DNA from: Candidatus Nitrospinota bacterium M3_3B_026
Lineage (GTDB): Bacteria > Nitrospinota_A > UBA7883 > JBPRGF01
Reading direction: 5' to 3'
NCBI GenBank assembly: GCA_051418015.1
Contig: JBPRGF010000033.1
Span: 394,698-458,697 of the forward strand
DNA length: 64,000 bases
Made by a program: the position numbers and the translations under genes. This document shows positions 29,889 through 39,844 of the stretch, piece after piece (within the stretch, counting starts at the first letter, position 1; each line of letters starts with the position of its first letter). Below the pieces are notes generated by a model. That model made no database searches, was not told where the DNA came from, and saw only the letters and a program-made list of their open reading frames with translations.

Positions 29889-31170
29889 CTACGCGTATCC
29901 CAGCCTCTTGTTCCTGGCCCTTATGGCCCCGGCGACGTTTTTCAAAAGCTCTTCCCGCGAGGGCGCGGCTGACCGGTCTCCTGCTGCCCTGGACAGCGCC
30001 CCGGCGAAGGTTTCCTCATCGCTCTCGTCGAACAGAGCCCGCGGGGCGCCGGGGGCTGTTTCCACGCTTCCTATGCGGAAAAAGCGAAAAGCCCTCCCCA
30101 GCGCCGAGGGCTCCCGCGGCGTCGCGGCCCCGTTCCCGGCGCCAGGGGCGGCCCCGCTTTTCCTTCTCAAGATATCGGCCTTCTCCTCGTCGTCTATCAC
30201 GCCCAGCATCGTCATACTGTCGCCCGAAAGGCCGATCACCATCACCTCCCCGGCGATGTCGGCGACAACCACACGCCTTTTCATGTCTATGGAGCCAGAG
30301 GCCAGAATCCTGACGACCCCGCCCTGCCCCAACGCTCCGCCCAGCCTGCCGGAGTATTTTTTAGCCGCCCAGGCCAGGGCGAATATCATCGCCAGCACCA
30401 GGGACAGCGACGCCGCCATCTTCACAGCCATACCGCCAAGGCTTGGCGGCTGGGGAGCCTCGGGATCCCTGTACTCCAGAAATCCATTGCCGCCCCCATT
30501 TGCGGAGAGTTTTGAGCGAGGCTCGCTTCGAGGCGCGGAGGCATCGGGTTTTGTCATGGCGGCGAGCTTCCCGAGTCTGTCGTTGGTCTCCCGCTTGATT
30601 GCTCCAGCCCCAGCGCTCCCCGGCGCGGCGGCGGGTTCCTCCGCCGCGTTTTTCACCGAAGCGGATGCCGCGGCGAGGGTCTTTTTGATCCCGTCGAGCT
30701 CTTCAATACCCGGCAAAGGCTCCACCGGCTCCGCTTCGGTCCGGGCCTGCGGCCCCGGCGGCGCGGGCTCCTTTTTCCTTATCGCCAGGATCAGCAACTC
30801 GCCATTGAGCGAACTCTCCGTCCGGGCCTCATACTCCCTTGGGTTCTCCGCCAGAAAAAGTCTCAGCCTCGTCTTCTCCGGCGTCAACTGGTAGGCCGCC
30901 GCCTTCGGCAGGAAAGGGTCACCCAGGTCAAACTCTATTTGCGGCGGATTCACGTATACTCCGCTCATGTCGAGTTGTATCGATTTCTCGTAGAAAACGG
31001 GGCGCGGCTTTTTCCCGACGTCCCCGGCGAACCTTATGACCACCCTGGCCTCTTTGTCGTCCGAATAGACCGAGACCCCGTCGAGCCTGTTGAGCCCCGA
31101 AAGGTCCACGGCCTGCGCGGGAGCGGCGAACGCCAGCATCAGCGCCATGACAACCGTAAAATCTTTCATC
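29889..31170 (-). CDS. fliO: FliO-like protein with a long N-terminal periplasmic extension
   Basis: The C-terminal roughly 180 aa carry the FliO TM and core (ASLSLVLAMIFALAWAAKKY...VRILASGSIDMKRRVVVADIAGEVMVIGL). The N-terminal roughly 240 aa have a signal peptide (MKDFTVVMALMLAFAAPAQA), a beta-rich domain and a PA-rich linker. Start placed at ATG about 31170; the TTG at about 31277 is an alternative. Confidence 0.6.
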
Positions 31171-31410
31171 TTTCTATCTTCGTTTCCTCGTCTTTGACAC
31201 GGCCGGTGAAGACGGCCTGTTGACGCTTTACGCCCGTCCGGGCGTCTGGAAGATAGATAGAGCAAGGGGTATGCCAACAGGGGGGAACGGATCTTTGACG
31301 CGCGTCCGCGGCGGGACGCGCCGTCGTCCTGCGGTGTTTCTACGGGCCGGGAACCCGTGGCGGAAGATGGGCTATGAAGCGGAGGAGGAGACCTGCGTGT
31401 TCCGGGCTTT

Positions 31411-31896
31411 TCAGCCTATGCTCTCTATCCGCTCCTTGTGGCTTGTTATCTCCGTGATCCTGATACCGAACTTCTCGTTGACAACGACGACCTCCCCCTT
31501 GCCAACGAGCTGGTCGTTAACCAGCACCTCTAGCGGCTCACCCACGAGCTTGGTAAGCTCTATGACAGACCCCTGGCCCAGCTGGAGAAGATCGTTTATC
31601 AGCATCTTGCTGCGGCCAAGCTCCACGGTGACTTGCAGGGGTATGTCCAGTATCCTGTCCACCTCCGACGCCTCACCCCCGGCCGCCTTCTTGGCGGGCG
31701 GCCCGGCCTGGGGAGCGCTCTCCGCCGGCTCATGACTCTCCTGCTCGCCGCTTTCGCCGCCCTCGCCGCCAGCGTCCTCCTCCTGGGGCTGTTGTTCGCC
31801 GGCCTTCTTGAGCATCTCCTTTTGCTGGGCCAGGTCCTCGGCCGCCGCCGCCCAAAGGTCCTCTTCGTTTTCCGCGTTAAGCTCTTCGTCTCCCAT
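31411..31896 (-). CDS. fliN: flagellar motor switch protein FliN
   Basis: 161 aa; acidic N-terminus then the SpoA/FliN core (ILDIPLQVTVELGRSKMLINDLLQLGQGSVIEL). Confidence 0.88.
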   Translation of the reverse strand: MGDEELNAENEEDLWAAAAEDLAQQKEMLKKAGEQQPQEEDAGGEGGESGEQESHEPAESAPQAGPPAKKAAGGEASEVDRILDIPLQVTVELGRSKMLINDLLQLGQGSVIELTKLVGEPLEVLVNDQLVGKGEVVVVNEKFGIRITEITSHKERIESIG

Positions 31897-31920
31897 TTTT
31901 CCTTCCTTGCGCCGCGGCGT

Positions 31921-32955
31921 TCACTCCGTTTTCACCGCTTCTTTTCTCTCTTCTTTCTCTTCCCGCCTGCTCCTCGCGCCCATCCTGGGGATCATCCGGG
32001 TCAGGCGGGCGGCCTTGTTGCCCTTCACGACGCCCGGCATGCCCTTGAATTTCGGTATCCCTTCGACGCGGACCAGCATCTCGTCGTCCGCGTCCTGGTC
32101 GAGGGTTATGACGTCTCCCACATCGAGCCTCAGCAGATCGCTGCCCGGTATCGTCGTCGTCCCAAGCTCCACGACGACGTCCACGCTGGTCTCCGACAGC
32201 CTGTCCCGCAGACGCCTGATCCAGGCCTGGTCCACCTCCAGCTGGTCGCTCTGGAACCCCGCGCGCAGCTTGGCGATGATCGGCTCTATGGTGGAATACG
32301 GCAGGCAGACGGTAAGTGTGCCGGTCACCTGGTCCAGCTCCACCTCGAACATTATCACCACCACGACATCCGTCGGCGGGACGATAGCGGCGAACTGGGG
32401 GTTGACCTCGGACCTGACGAAGGTCATGTTGACGCTGTGGACGGGTTTCCAGGCCGCCTCCATGTCCTCCAGCACCATCATGACCACCTTCTTTATCATC
32501 CGCTGCTCGATGCTGGTGAAGTCCCGCCCCTCTATCTTCATCTTCCCTTCGCCGGTGCCGCCGAAAAATGTGTCCACCAGCGCGAAGACAAGCTTCGACT
32601 CCGCCACCAGCAACGCGAATCCCCTGAGCGGCTCTATCTTGAATATGTGAAGCGACGCTGGAACGGGAAGGGATTTGACGAACTCGCCGAACTTGACCGT
32701 GTCCGTAGAGACGGCCGATATGTCGAGAGCCTTACGCAGGGATGTGGAGAGCGAATTCCTGAACAGGCGGGAGAACCGCTGGTTTATGATGTCCAAGGTC
32801 GGCATCCTGCCGCGGATGATGCGCTCCTGGCTGGTCAGGTCGTAGGGCACTATCCCGGACTCGTCCGGGACGTACTCGGCCTCTGTCTCTATCTCGCCGT
32901 CGGTGACGCCGCGGAGAAGGGCGTCGACCTCTTCCTGCGAAAGAATCTGGCTCAT
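31921..32955 (-). CDS. fliM: flagellar motor switch protein FliM
   Basis: 344 aa; N-terminal CheY-P binding motif (LSQEEVDALL) and FliM middle domain. Confidence 0.9.
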   Translation of the reverse strand: MSQILSQEEVDALLRGVTDGEIETEAEYVPDESGIVPYDLTSQERIIRGRMPTLDIINQRFSRLFRNSLSTSLRKALDISAVSTDTVKFGEFVKSLPVPASLHIFKIEPLRGFALLVAESKLVFALVDTFFGGTGEGKMKIEGRDFTSIEQRMIKKVVMMVLEDMEAAWKPVHSVNMTFVRSEVNPQFAAIVPPTDVVVVIMFEVELDQVTGTLTVCLPYSTIEPIIAKLRAGFQSDQLEVDQAWIRRLRDRLSETSVDVVVELGTTTIPGSDLLRLDVGDVITLDQDADDEMLVRVEGIPKFKGMPGVVKGNKAARLTRMIPRMGARSRREEKEERKEAVKTE

Positions 32956-33010
32956 ACTCGCGCTATCTCCCGCCGGGGAGCGCCGCTCCTGATTTTATAA
33001 CACTCATGTA

Positions 33011-33505
33011 TTATTGTATCACGAACTCCACGAAATAAAGCTTGCGCACGACGCCGGTCGTCAGCAACGCATTGATTCTCTTGGCCATTTCCATTTTTAG
33101 ATCGTATTTGCCCTGGATGCTGAGGATCTCTTCGGCGGTCTTGCTCGACAGGAGCGTTATCACCGTGTCCTTGATCTGCGGCGAACGGTTGGCGATCTCC
33201 TCGGCCACGTTCTTGTCCGAGAGCTGGAGCACGACCACGACCTTCAGGTACCTGTTCACGTCCCCCGTGAGGTTCACTATGAACGGGTCCAGCTCGTAGG
33301 TGGCCCCGAGCGACGCGCCAGCCTCTGTCTCGGCGGGCGCTTCCTCGCCGCTCTTTGCCGCCGGTTCCGGCGCGGCGGCAAGCCTTGGCATCACGAGAAA
33401 ATAGGCCGCCGCCCCGCCGCCTATGACCAGAATCAGCGCCGCGGCTATTATTATTATGAGTTTTCCCGCGCCTTTTTTCGGGGCATCAGCCTCTTCATCG
33501 GCCAT
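33011..33505 (-). CDS. fliL: flagellar basal-body-associated protein FliL
   Basis: 164 aa, single TM, FliL-like periplasmic region; located between motB and fliM. Confidence 0.8.
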   Translation of the reverse strand: MADEEADAPKKGAGKLIIIIAAALILVIGGGAAAYFLVMPRLAAAPEPAAKSGEEAPAETEAGASLGATYELDPFIVNLTGDVNRYLKVVVVLQLSDKNVAEEIANRSPQIKDTVITLLSSKTAEEILSIQGKYDLKMEMAKRINALLTTGVVRKLYFVEFVIQ

Positions 33506-33563
33506 CTTCCGTCTCCTATTCTTTTACTCAAGGAACGAGGTTTTCATCTCTGTTCTTTCCGGT

Positions 33564-34349
33564 CTACAACCCGGCCGCGTCTCCATATCCTTTCCCCTCC
33601 GGCGCCTGCCGTATCACTATGTCCACCCGCCTGTTCCTTGCGCGGTAGGACTCGCTGAGGTTCGGCGCCAGGGCCCGGGTGTCTGCGTATCCCACGGCTG
33701 AGAGACGGTCCATCCTCACGGGGGTGTTCTCCGCCATGTAGCGCATGACGTTCCCCGCCCTGGCCGCGGAGAGCTCCCAGTTGGACGGGAACCTGTCTGT
33801 CGATATTGGTATATCGTCCGTGTGGCCCTCGATGATAAGCTCGCTTTCCGAAAATCTCAGGACTTCTCCCAGGCGCTTGAGGGTGGGGAGTATCTCCGGG
33901 TTTATGGCAGCCGAGCCGGGCCGGAACATGTTCTTGCTCGGGAAGCTCAGGACAAAACTCGGCCCGCGCCTGCTTATCGTGACGTCGGCCAGCAAAAGCC
34001 CCTCCAGCAGGCTTTCCTCCTCTATCTCAAGCGCCGCCTTCTCCTTGCCTCTCTCTTTTTTCAGAAACTCCATGAACTCCTTGTAGCCCATCTGCCTGAT
34101 CAGGGCCAGCCTGGGGCTGATGAACGGCGACGTGGGGGCTATCTCCGTAAGCTCCAGCGGCCCCGCGCCGCCCGCGAAGGCTGTGAACATCTCCTTCAAA
34201 ACCTTGTCGTCCAGCGTGGACATCGAAAAAAGCAATACAAAGAAGGTAAGCAGAAGCGAAAGAAGATCGCCGAAGGTGACCATCCAGAAGTCCTTGTCGA
34301 ACTCCGCCGCCTTTGCTTTCTTCTTCTTCTGCGCCCGCGATATCGCCAT
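33564..34349 (-). CDS. motB: flagellar stator protein MotB (OmpA-like peptidoglycan-binding)
   Basis: 261 aa; TM with conserved Asp (FWMVTFGDLLSLLLTFFVLL) and OmpA-like C-terminus (GHTDDIP...NRRVDIVI). Confidence 0.8.
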   Translation of the reverse strand: MAISRAQKKKKAKAAEFDKDFWMVTFGDLLSLLLTFFVLLFSMSTLDDKVLKEMFTAFAGGAGPLELTEIAPTSPFISPRLALIRQMGYKEFMEFLKKERGKEKAALEIEEESLLEGLLLADVTISRRGPSFVLSFPSKNMFRPGSAAINPEILPTLKRLGEVLRFSESELIIEGHTDDIPISTDRFPSNWELSAARAGNVMRYMAENTPVRMDRLSAVGYADTRALAPNLSESYRARNRRVDIVIRQAPEGKGYGDAAGL

Positions 34350-34363
34350 TCCGCAAGACTCCT

Positions 34364-35068
34364 TCAGACAGCGCGCTTGTAGATTATCCGCACGCGGTCG
34401 TTTTTCGCCCTGTTCTCCTCTGTGTCGTTCGGGTATTCAGGGCGCATGGCGCCGAACCCGGCTATGGAGAGCCTCTCGCTCTCCACCCCGCCTATTCGCA
34501 CAAGCCCGCGGGTCACGGCCCCGGACCGCGCTACAGTAAGCTCCAGCCTGTCCCGGTACGCTCCGGCGGGCGTCCTGTCGCTCGTATAAGCCTCGATGCG
34601 GATGAAGCCTTCCATCTTGTTCAAGATCCCCGCCGCCTCGGCGATCAGTCCCGCCGCGGACTGCTTCAGCCTCGCGCTCCCCGGCTCAAAAAGGACCTCG
34701 CTTCTGATTGTTATCATCACGCCGCCCTTGCTCACGATCGTGCTCACCTTTTCGGCCAGTTGAGACCTCATGGTGTAGCTTTCGAACTTGCCGAGGAGCA
34801 TGGCGGTCTTCATCCTCGGTCCTGCGAGGGCGTCGGACTTCAACGATATCTCTTTTCCCTTGGACTTCATGGGCGAGAGCCCACCGCTCAGAATTCCCAG
34901 TGAGCCCGTCAGCGACCCCAGCGCGGCTTTTTTCTTGCTCTCGGCGGGGACGGACAGGGTGTTCAGCACTATGAAAAAGGCGAGGACGATCATCATCAGG
35001 GTGACGTTCATCATGTTCTGCATGTCGCCCCGCCTGCACGTGACCGGCCTGATCCCTTGCGTTCTCAT
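34364..35068 (-). CDS. second MotB/OmpA-family stator-like protein (paralog), translationally coupled to motA
   Basis: 234 aa; ATG overlaps the motA stop (ATGA); TM GDMQNMMNVTLMMIVLAFFIVL has an Asp in the MotB-plug position; OmpA-like C-terminus (IRIEAYTSD...NRAKNDRVRIIY). Confidence 0.7.
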   Translation of the reverse strand: MRTQGIRPVTCRRGDMQNMMNVTLMMIVLAFFIVLNTLSVPAESKKKAALGSLTGSLGILSGGLSPMKSKGKEISLKSDALAGPRMKTAMLLGKFESYTMRSQLAEKVSTIVSKGGVMITIRSEVLFEPGSARLKQSAAGLIAEAAGILNKMEGFIRIEAYTSDRTPAGAYRDRLELTVARSGAVTRGLVRIGGVESERLSIAGFGAMRPEYPNDTEENRAKNDRVRIIYKRAV

Positions 35069-35829
35069 TTTTCGAACTGGCTTTCCCTGAGTTTCGGCAA
35101 CAGGAAGGCGTGGAGTTTCTGCTCTATCAGCCTTGGGTTGTCGCCCGAGGCGATGGATATAACGCCTTCCATGACCAGCTCCTTCACGACGGTCTCGTCG
35201 GCGCTGCGTTTCTTGAGTTTGCCGGCCATGGGTAAAAAGACAAGGTTGGCCAGCAACGCGCCGTAGAAGGTGGTGATGAGCGCTATGGCCATGGAGGGGC
35301 CGATGGTGGAGGGGTCGTCGAGCTTCTGGAGCATGAGCACAAGCCCTATCAGGGTCCCTATCATGCCGAAGGCGGGCAGGAACGTGCCGAAGGTCTGGGC
35401 CATCTCGGCGCCGATCCTGTGACGCTCCTTTATGTACTCCACCTCGGTCTCCAGTATCTTCATTATCATCTGCGGCTCCGCGCCGTCGATGGCAAGCTGC
35501 AATCCGCGGCTCAGAAAAGGGTCATCCACCTGGCCCATCACCGACTGCAACGCCAGAATTCCGTCGCGCCGGGCCCGCGTGGCGAAGTCTATGATGGTGG
35601 GGATGACCTGTCTGGGCGACTGGGTCTTGTAGAGCATTGTCTTTTTCAGCACGCCTATCATGGTGAAAAGATCCGACAGGGGATAGTTCACCATCACCGC
35701 GGCCAGTGTGCCCCCGATGACGATCAGAAACGAGGGGACGCTTATGAAAATGGCCAGCTGCGAGGGGCCGATGGCCGCGGATATCACCGCCAGGCCGCCC
35801 ACCACCCCTAGAATAGTCGCTATATCCAT
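35065..35829 (-). CDS. motA: flagellar stator protein MotA (MotA/TolQ/ExbB family)
   Basis: 254 aa; 4 TM with the conserved C-terminal TM3-4 region (FLPAFGMIGTLIGLVLML...ALITTFYGALLANLVFLPMAGKL). Confidence 0.88.
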   Translation of the reverse strand: MDIATILGVVGGLAVISAAIGPSQLAIFISVPSFLIVIGGTLAAVMVNYPLSDLFTMIGVLKKTMLYKTQSPRQVIPTIIDFATRARRDGILALQSVMGQVDDPFLSRGLQLAIDGAEPQMIMKILETEVEYIKERHRIGAEMAQTFGTFLPAFGMIGTLIGLVLMLQKLDDPSTIGPSMAIALITTFYGALLANLVFLPMAGKLKKRSADETVVKELVMEGVISIASGDNPRLIEQKLHAFLLPKLRESQFEK

Positions 35830-35881
35830 TTAATCCGCGCCGCTTGCCTTACAAAAAAAAACACCATCGCGATCATGCAGG

Positions 35882-35897
35882 AGCAATATCGATACCA
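35882..35897 (-). promoter_or_regulatory. candidate sigma-54 (-24/-12) promoter TGGTAT-N5-TTGCT about 55 nt upstream of the motA ATG
   Basis: Minus-strand sequence TGGTATCGATATTGCT fits the TGGCAC-N5-TTGCW spacing; no sigma-28 TAAA-N15-GCCGATAA match seen. Confidence 0.3.
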
Positions 35898-36096
35898 CTC
35901 CCGTATCAGAGCCCAAGCGTCATCTCGTTGACGCTTCAGGCCATCTCCCGGCTCCGGGGAATCATTATATGTTAGAAGAGCTTTTTCTGAAACATCCGGA
36001 CGGCGCAGGCGGCCGCGGGACAGGCGGAACGAGGGTGAAATTCAGGGTTTTCCGGCCTTTCTTTACACCCGGCCCGAAAGGATGTAAATTCCATCC

Positions 36097-37356
36097 ATGC
36101 GAGTCCTTGCGATGATCCTGGCGGGGGGTGAGGGCAAAAGGCTTTATCCCCTGACAAAAGACCGTTCCAAGCCCGCCGTCCCTTTCGGTGGAAGGTACAG
36201 GATCATAGACTTTGTCCTGTCGAACTTCGTGAACTCGGGTTTCACAAAGATAAAAGTCCTGACCCAGTTCAAGTCCGACTCCCTCAACCGCCACCTGGCC
36301 CGCGGCTGGCAGCTGTCGTCGATCATCGACCAGTACATAGACCCCGTGCCCGCCCAGATGCGCACCGGCAGGGATTGGTACAGGGGAACGGCGGACGCCA
36401 TATTCCAGAACATGCACATCGTGGAAGACGAAAACCCGGACTTCGTCATGGTCTTCGGCGGCGACCACATCTATCGGATGGACGTAAGCCAGATGCTGCG
36501 CGGGCACATAGAAAACGCCGCCGATCTCACCGTCGCCGCCATACCATACCACCGGAGCAAGGCGAGCGATTTCGGCATCATACAGGTCGATGAGCAATGG
36601 CGTATCAAGCGCTTCCTGGAAAAGCCAAAGGACCCGCCCCCCATCCCGGGAATGCCTGACCATTCCCTAGTCTCCATGGGCAACTACATCTTCTCCCGCA
36701 GAGCCCTGGAGGAGGCGATCGTCGAGGACGCGAAAAAGAACACCGAGCATGACTTCGGCAAGAACATCATCGTCTCCATGCTGCCCGACTACAAGGTCTT
36801 CGCCTATGACTTCAACAGCAACGACGTCCCCGGCATGACGGAGAAAGAGCGCGGTTACTGGCGCGACGTGGGGAGCCTGGACCAATACTGGAAGGCGTCG
36901 ATGGATCTTGTCTCGGTCTCCCCCGTCTTCAACCTCTACAACCAGCAATGGCCCATCCGCTGCCATTATCCCCCCGCCCCGCCGGCCAAGTTCGTCTTCG
37001 CCGACATAGGTAAACGCGCCGGGATGGCGACGGACTCGCTCGTGGCGGAAGGGTGCATCATCTCCGGAGGCAGGATAAACAGGACGGTCCTCTTTCCCAA
37101 TTGCCGGATAAACAGCTACTCGCGGGTGGACGAGTCCGTGCTGATGGAGGGTGTGACGGTGGGGCGCCACTGCAAGGTGAAAAAAGCCATCATCGATAAA
37201 TACGTGAATGTCCCCGAGGGGGCGGAGATAGGCTACGACCTGGAAAAAGACAGGAAGAGATTCCATGTCACGGAAAACGGAATAGTGGTGATATCGAAAG
37301 GCGCGCACATACCCAGGCTCAACCCACACGCTCTTCAGGCCCAGGACAGCCACTGA
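36097..37356 (+). CDS. glgC: glucose-1-phosphate adenylyltransferase
   Basis: 419 aa; MRVLAMILAGGEGKRLYPLTKDRSKPAVPFGGRYRIIDFVLSNFVNSG is the canonical GlgC N-terminus. Confidence 0.92.
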   Translation: MRVLAMILAGGEGKRLYPLTKDRSKPAVPFGGRYRIIDFVLSNFVNSGFTKIKVLTQFKSDSLNRHLARGWQLSSIIDQYIDPVPAQMRTGRDWYRGTADAIFQNMHIVEDENPDFVMVFGGDHIYRMDVSQMLRGHIENAADLTVAAIPYHRSKASDFGIIQVDEQWRIKRFLEKPKDPPPIPGMPDHSLVSMGNYIFSRRALEEAIVEDAKKNTEHDFGKNIIVSMLPDYKVFAYDFNSNDVPGMTEKERGYWRDVGSLDQYWKASMDLVSVSPVFNLYNQQWPIRCHYPPAPPAKFVFADIGKRAGMATDSLVAEGCIISGGRINRTVLFPNCRINSYSRVDESVLMEGVTVGRHCKVKKAIIDKYVNVPEGAEIGYDLEKDRKRFHVTENGIVVISKGAHIPRLNPHALQAQDSH

Positions 37357-37493
37357 CGGCGCCACGCCTTGCGCCGGCTGGTTTTCGAGAATTTCCGCCG
37401 CCATGCTTTCCCCGGGAATTGCAAAATAAGGTCTTTACTGCGCCCATGGATACGGGTTATCCATATAGCTTTGTCGATCTTGGAGATATCCGG

Positions 37494-38783
37494 ATGAGAA
37501 TCCTGGAGACAAAAGACCCCGTCTTCGAAAAGACAATGGCCCTGCTGGAGCGCCGCCTCGAAGCGGGCTCCTCCGGAGCCGGCAAGGCTGTCGAGAGAAT
37601 AATAAAGGACGTCAAACGACGCGGCGACGCGGCCGTCCTTGCATGGACTAAAAGACTGGACGGCGCCTCGTACACCGCCCGGTCCATGCGAGTCTCCGAA
37701 AGGGAGATGGCGAAAGCCGAAAAACTATCCGACCCCGAAACCGCCCGCGCCCTCAAGAAGGCCGCCCGGCGGATAAAAAAGTTCCACGCCAGGCAGAGAG
37801 AAAAGGGGTGGTCTTTCCGTGATGAAGGCGTCACGCTGGGACAGGCGGTGACCCCCCTCTCATCCGCCGGGGTGTACGTCCCCGGCGGCAAGGCGGCCTA
37901 TCCAAGCTCCGTGCTGATGAACGTAATACCGGCTAAGATCGCGGGCGTCCCCCGCGTCGTAATGACAACCCCCGCTCCGGGAGGCAAGATAAACCCCCAT
38001 GTGCTGCTGGCGGCGAAGATCGCGGGCGTGGACGAGATATACAAGATCGGCGGCGCGCAGGCCGTCGGCGCGCTGGCCTACGGGACGAGGACGATAAAAC
38101 CCGTGGACAAGATCGTGGGCCCGGGCAATGTCTACGTGGCGGAGGCCAAGCGGCGCGTCTTCGGAGCCGTGGACATAGACATGATAGCTGGCCCCAGCGA
38201 GATACTGGTCATCGCCGACTCGTCGGCGAACCCGGCCCACGCCGCGGCGGACCTTTTGTCCCAGGCGGAGCACGACGAGAACGCATACCCCATCCTCGTC
38301 ACCACTTCGAAAAAATTCGCTTTGGCTGTGAACGTGGAGATGGAACGGCAGATCGAAAAACTCCCCCGCGCGGCGATAGTCAAAAAATGCCTGCGGAAAA
38401 ATTGTTATTGTTTCATCGCAAGAAGCATGAGCGAGGCCATAGAGATCGCCAACCGCTTCGCGCCGGAGCACCTGGAGCTTCTCGTGAAAAACGCGCGCGG
38501 GCTCTCTGGTAAAATAAAGAACGCGGGCGCCGTATTCGCCGGGCCGTGGACGCCGGAAGCTCTGGGGGATTATATGGCCGGGCCGAACCACGTCCTGCCC
38601 ACGGGAGGCGCGGCGCGTTTCTCGTCGCCTCTCGGCGTGTACGATTTCGTGAAGCGGACGAGCCTGCTGTCCTTCGACGAGAGGGGTTTCAGAAAGCTGG
38701 CCGGCGCCGTCATCGCCCTGGCCGAGGAGGAGGGCCTCTCCGCCCACGCGAACGCCGTAAAGATGAGGCTGAAGGAAAAATGA
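37494..38783 (+). CDS. hisD: histidinol dehydrogenase
   Basis: HisD core (GAQAVGALAYGT...VDKIVGPGNVYVAEAKR, SQAEHDENA); start placed at MRILETK (GGAG RBS 8 nt upstream) rather than the TTG at 37419. Confidence 0.88.
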   Translation: MRILETKDPVFEKTMALLERRLEAGSSGAGKAVERIIKDVKRRGDAAVLAWTKRLDGASYTARSMRVSEREMAKAEKLSDPETARALKKAARRIKKFHARQREKGWSFRDEGVTLGQAVTPLSSAGVYVPGGKAAYPSSVLMNVIPAKIAGVPRVVMTTPAPGGKINPHVLLAAKIAGVDEIYKIGGAQAVGALAYGTRTIKPVDKIVGPGNVYVAEAKRRVFGAVDIDMIAGPSEILVIADSSANPAHAAADLLSQAEHDENAYPILVTTSKKFALAVNVEMERQIEKLPRAAIVKKCLRKNCYCFIARSMSEAIEIANRFAPEHLELLVKNARGLSGKIKNAGAVFAGPWTPEALGDYMAGPNHVLPTGGAARFSSPLGVYDFVKRTSLLSFDERGFRKLAGAVIALAEEEGLSAHANAVKMRLKEK

Positions 38784-39844
38784 AAGACCCCGTAAAACTC
38801 GTCCGCCGGAGAATACGGGAGCTTTCCGCCTATCACGTGGAGCCGCGCCCCTGCGAGGTGGTCTTGGACGCGAACGAGTCTCCCCATCCCCTGCCGGGGC
38901 CGCTGCGCCCGAAAATCGAAGCGGCTTTAAAAATCGAGCTCAACCGATATCCCGATCCCGAGGCGAAGGCGCTTAAAAAGGCGATCGCGGCGAAGGAAGG
39001 GGTTCGCGAGGACGAAATTCTTCTCGGCAACGGCTCGGACGAAGTCATTCAAGCGCTGATCGCCTCCGTCTGCGACCCCGGCGACAAGATTCTCGTCCCA
39101 GCGCCGACTTTCACGATGTACAAGCTGATCGCGCGATACCTGAACGCCGACACAATCGAGGTTCCGCTCCTCGACGACTGGTCGCTCGACATCTCCGCCG
39201 TGATCCATAACATGAAGTTCGGCGCGCCGAAAATAATCTTCATCGCCTCGCCCAACAACCCCACCGGCGCCATGGCAAACAGGGAGGCGTTGGACGCCGT
39301 GGTGGACGCCGCGCCGGGCCTTGTAGCCGTTGACGAGGCGTACATCGACTACGCGAAGGCCCCTGCGGGCCCCCTGTTCCGCGAGAGGAAAAACGTGGTC
39401 ATCCTGCGCACCCTCTCCAAGATCGGGCTTGCGGGAATTCGCCTTGGATACATGATGGCGGACGCGGCGCTGATAGAGCAGGTAAATAAGGTCCGCCTGC
39501 CATACAACATAAACTCCATGGTCCAGGCCATCGCGAGAATCGCAGTAGAAAACTGGCGCGAGTTTCTACCGGCCCTCGGCTCGATAGTGAAAGAGCGCGG
39601 GAGGGTATTCGAGGAACTCTCACGGATGGGCGGCGTCCACCCCTTCCCCTCCGAGGCGAACTTCATTCTGATTCGGATAGAGGAGAGAAGCGCGGGGGAG
39701 ATATTCGAACGGCTGCTTTCCGAAGGGGTTCGCGTCCGCTGGTTCGAGGGGGACCCGAGGCTTGGGGATTGTCTGCGCGGCGCCATCGGGACGCCGGAAG
39801 AAAACGGCCGTTTCCTCGCAGCGCTGAAGAAGGCGCTTTCATGA
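38780..39844 (+). CDS. hisC: histidinol-phosphate aminotransferase
   Basis: 354 aa from ATG 38780 (ATGA overlap with hisD); class II aminotransferase with PLP-Lys region [15 protein letters not shown]. Confidence 0.88.
   Translation: MKDPVKLVRRRIRELSAYHVEPRPCEVVLDANESPHPLPGPLRPKIEAALKIELNRYPDPEAKALKKAIAAKEGVREDEILLGNGSDEVIQALIASVCDPGDKILVPAPTFTMYKLIARYLNADTIEVPLLDDWSLDISAVIHNMKFGAPKIIFIASPNNPTGAMANREALDAVVDAAPGLVAVDEAYIDYAKAPAGPLFRERKNVVILRTLSKIGLAGIRLGYMMADAALIEQVNKVRLPYNINSMVQAIARIAVENWREFLPALGSIVKERGRVFEELSRMGGVHPFPSEANFILIRIEERSAGEIFERLLSEGVRVRWFEGDPRLGDCLRGAIGTPEENGRFLAALKKALS

Noticed and set aside
31171-31410. The frame of the fliN stop stays open into fliO, which could suggest a readthrough FliN-FliO fusion
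   Set aside because: Long stop-free stretches are expected by chance at this GC content, and there is no recoding signal; noted only as a long intra-operon gap.
34364-35068. First MotB-like gene appeared at first to lack the conserved TM Asp and so be non-functional
   Set aside because: On re-alignment, GDMQNMM...LAFF places an Asp in the ADFMTAMMAFF register of MotB, so it is reported as a paralog rather than a dead copy.
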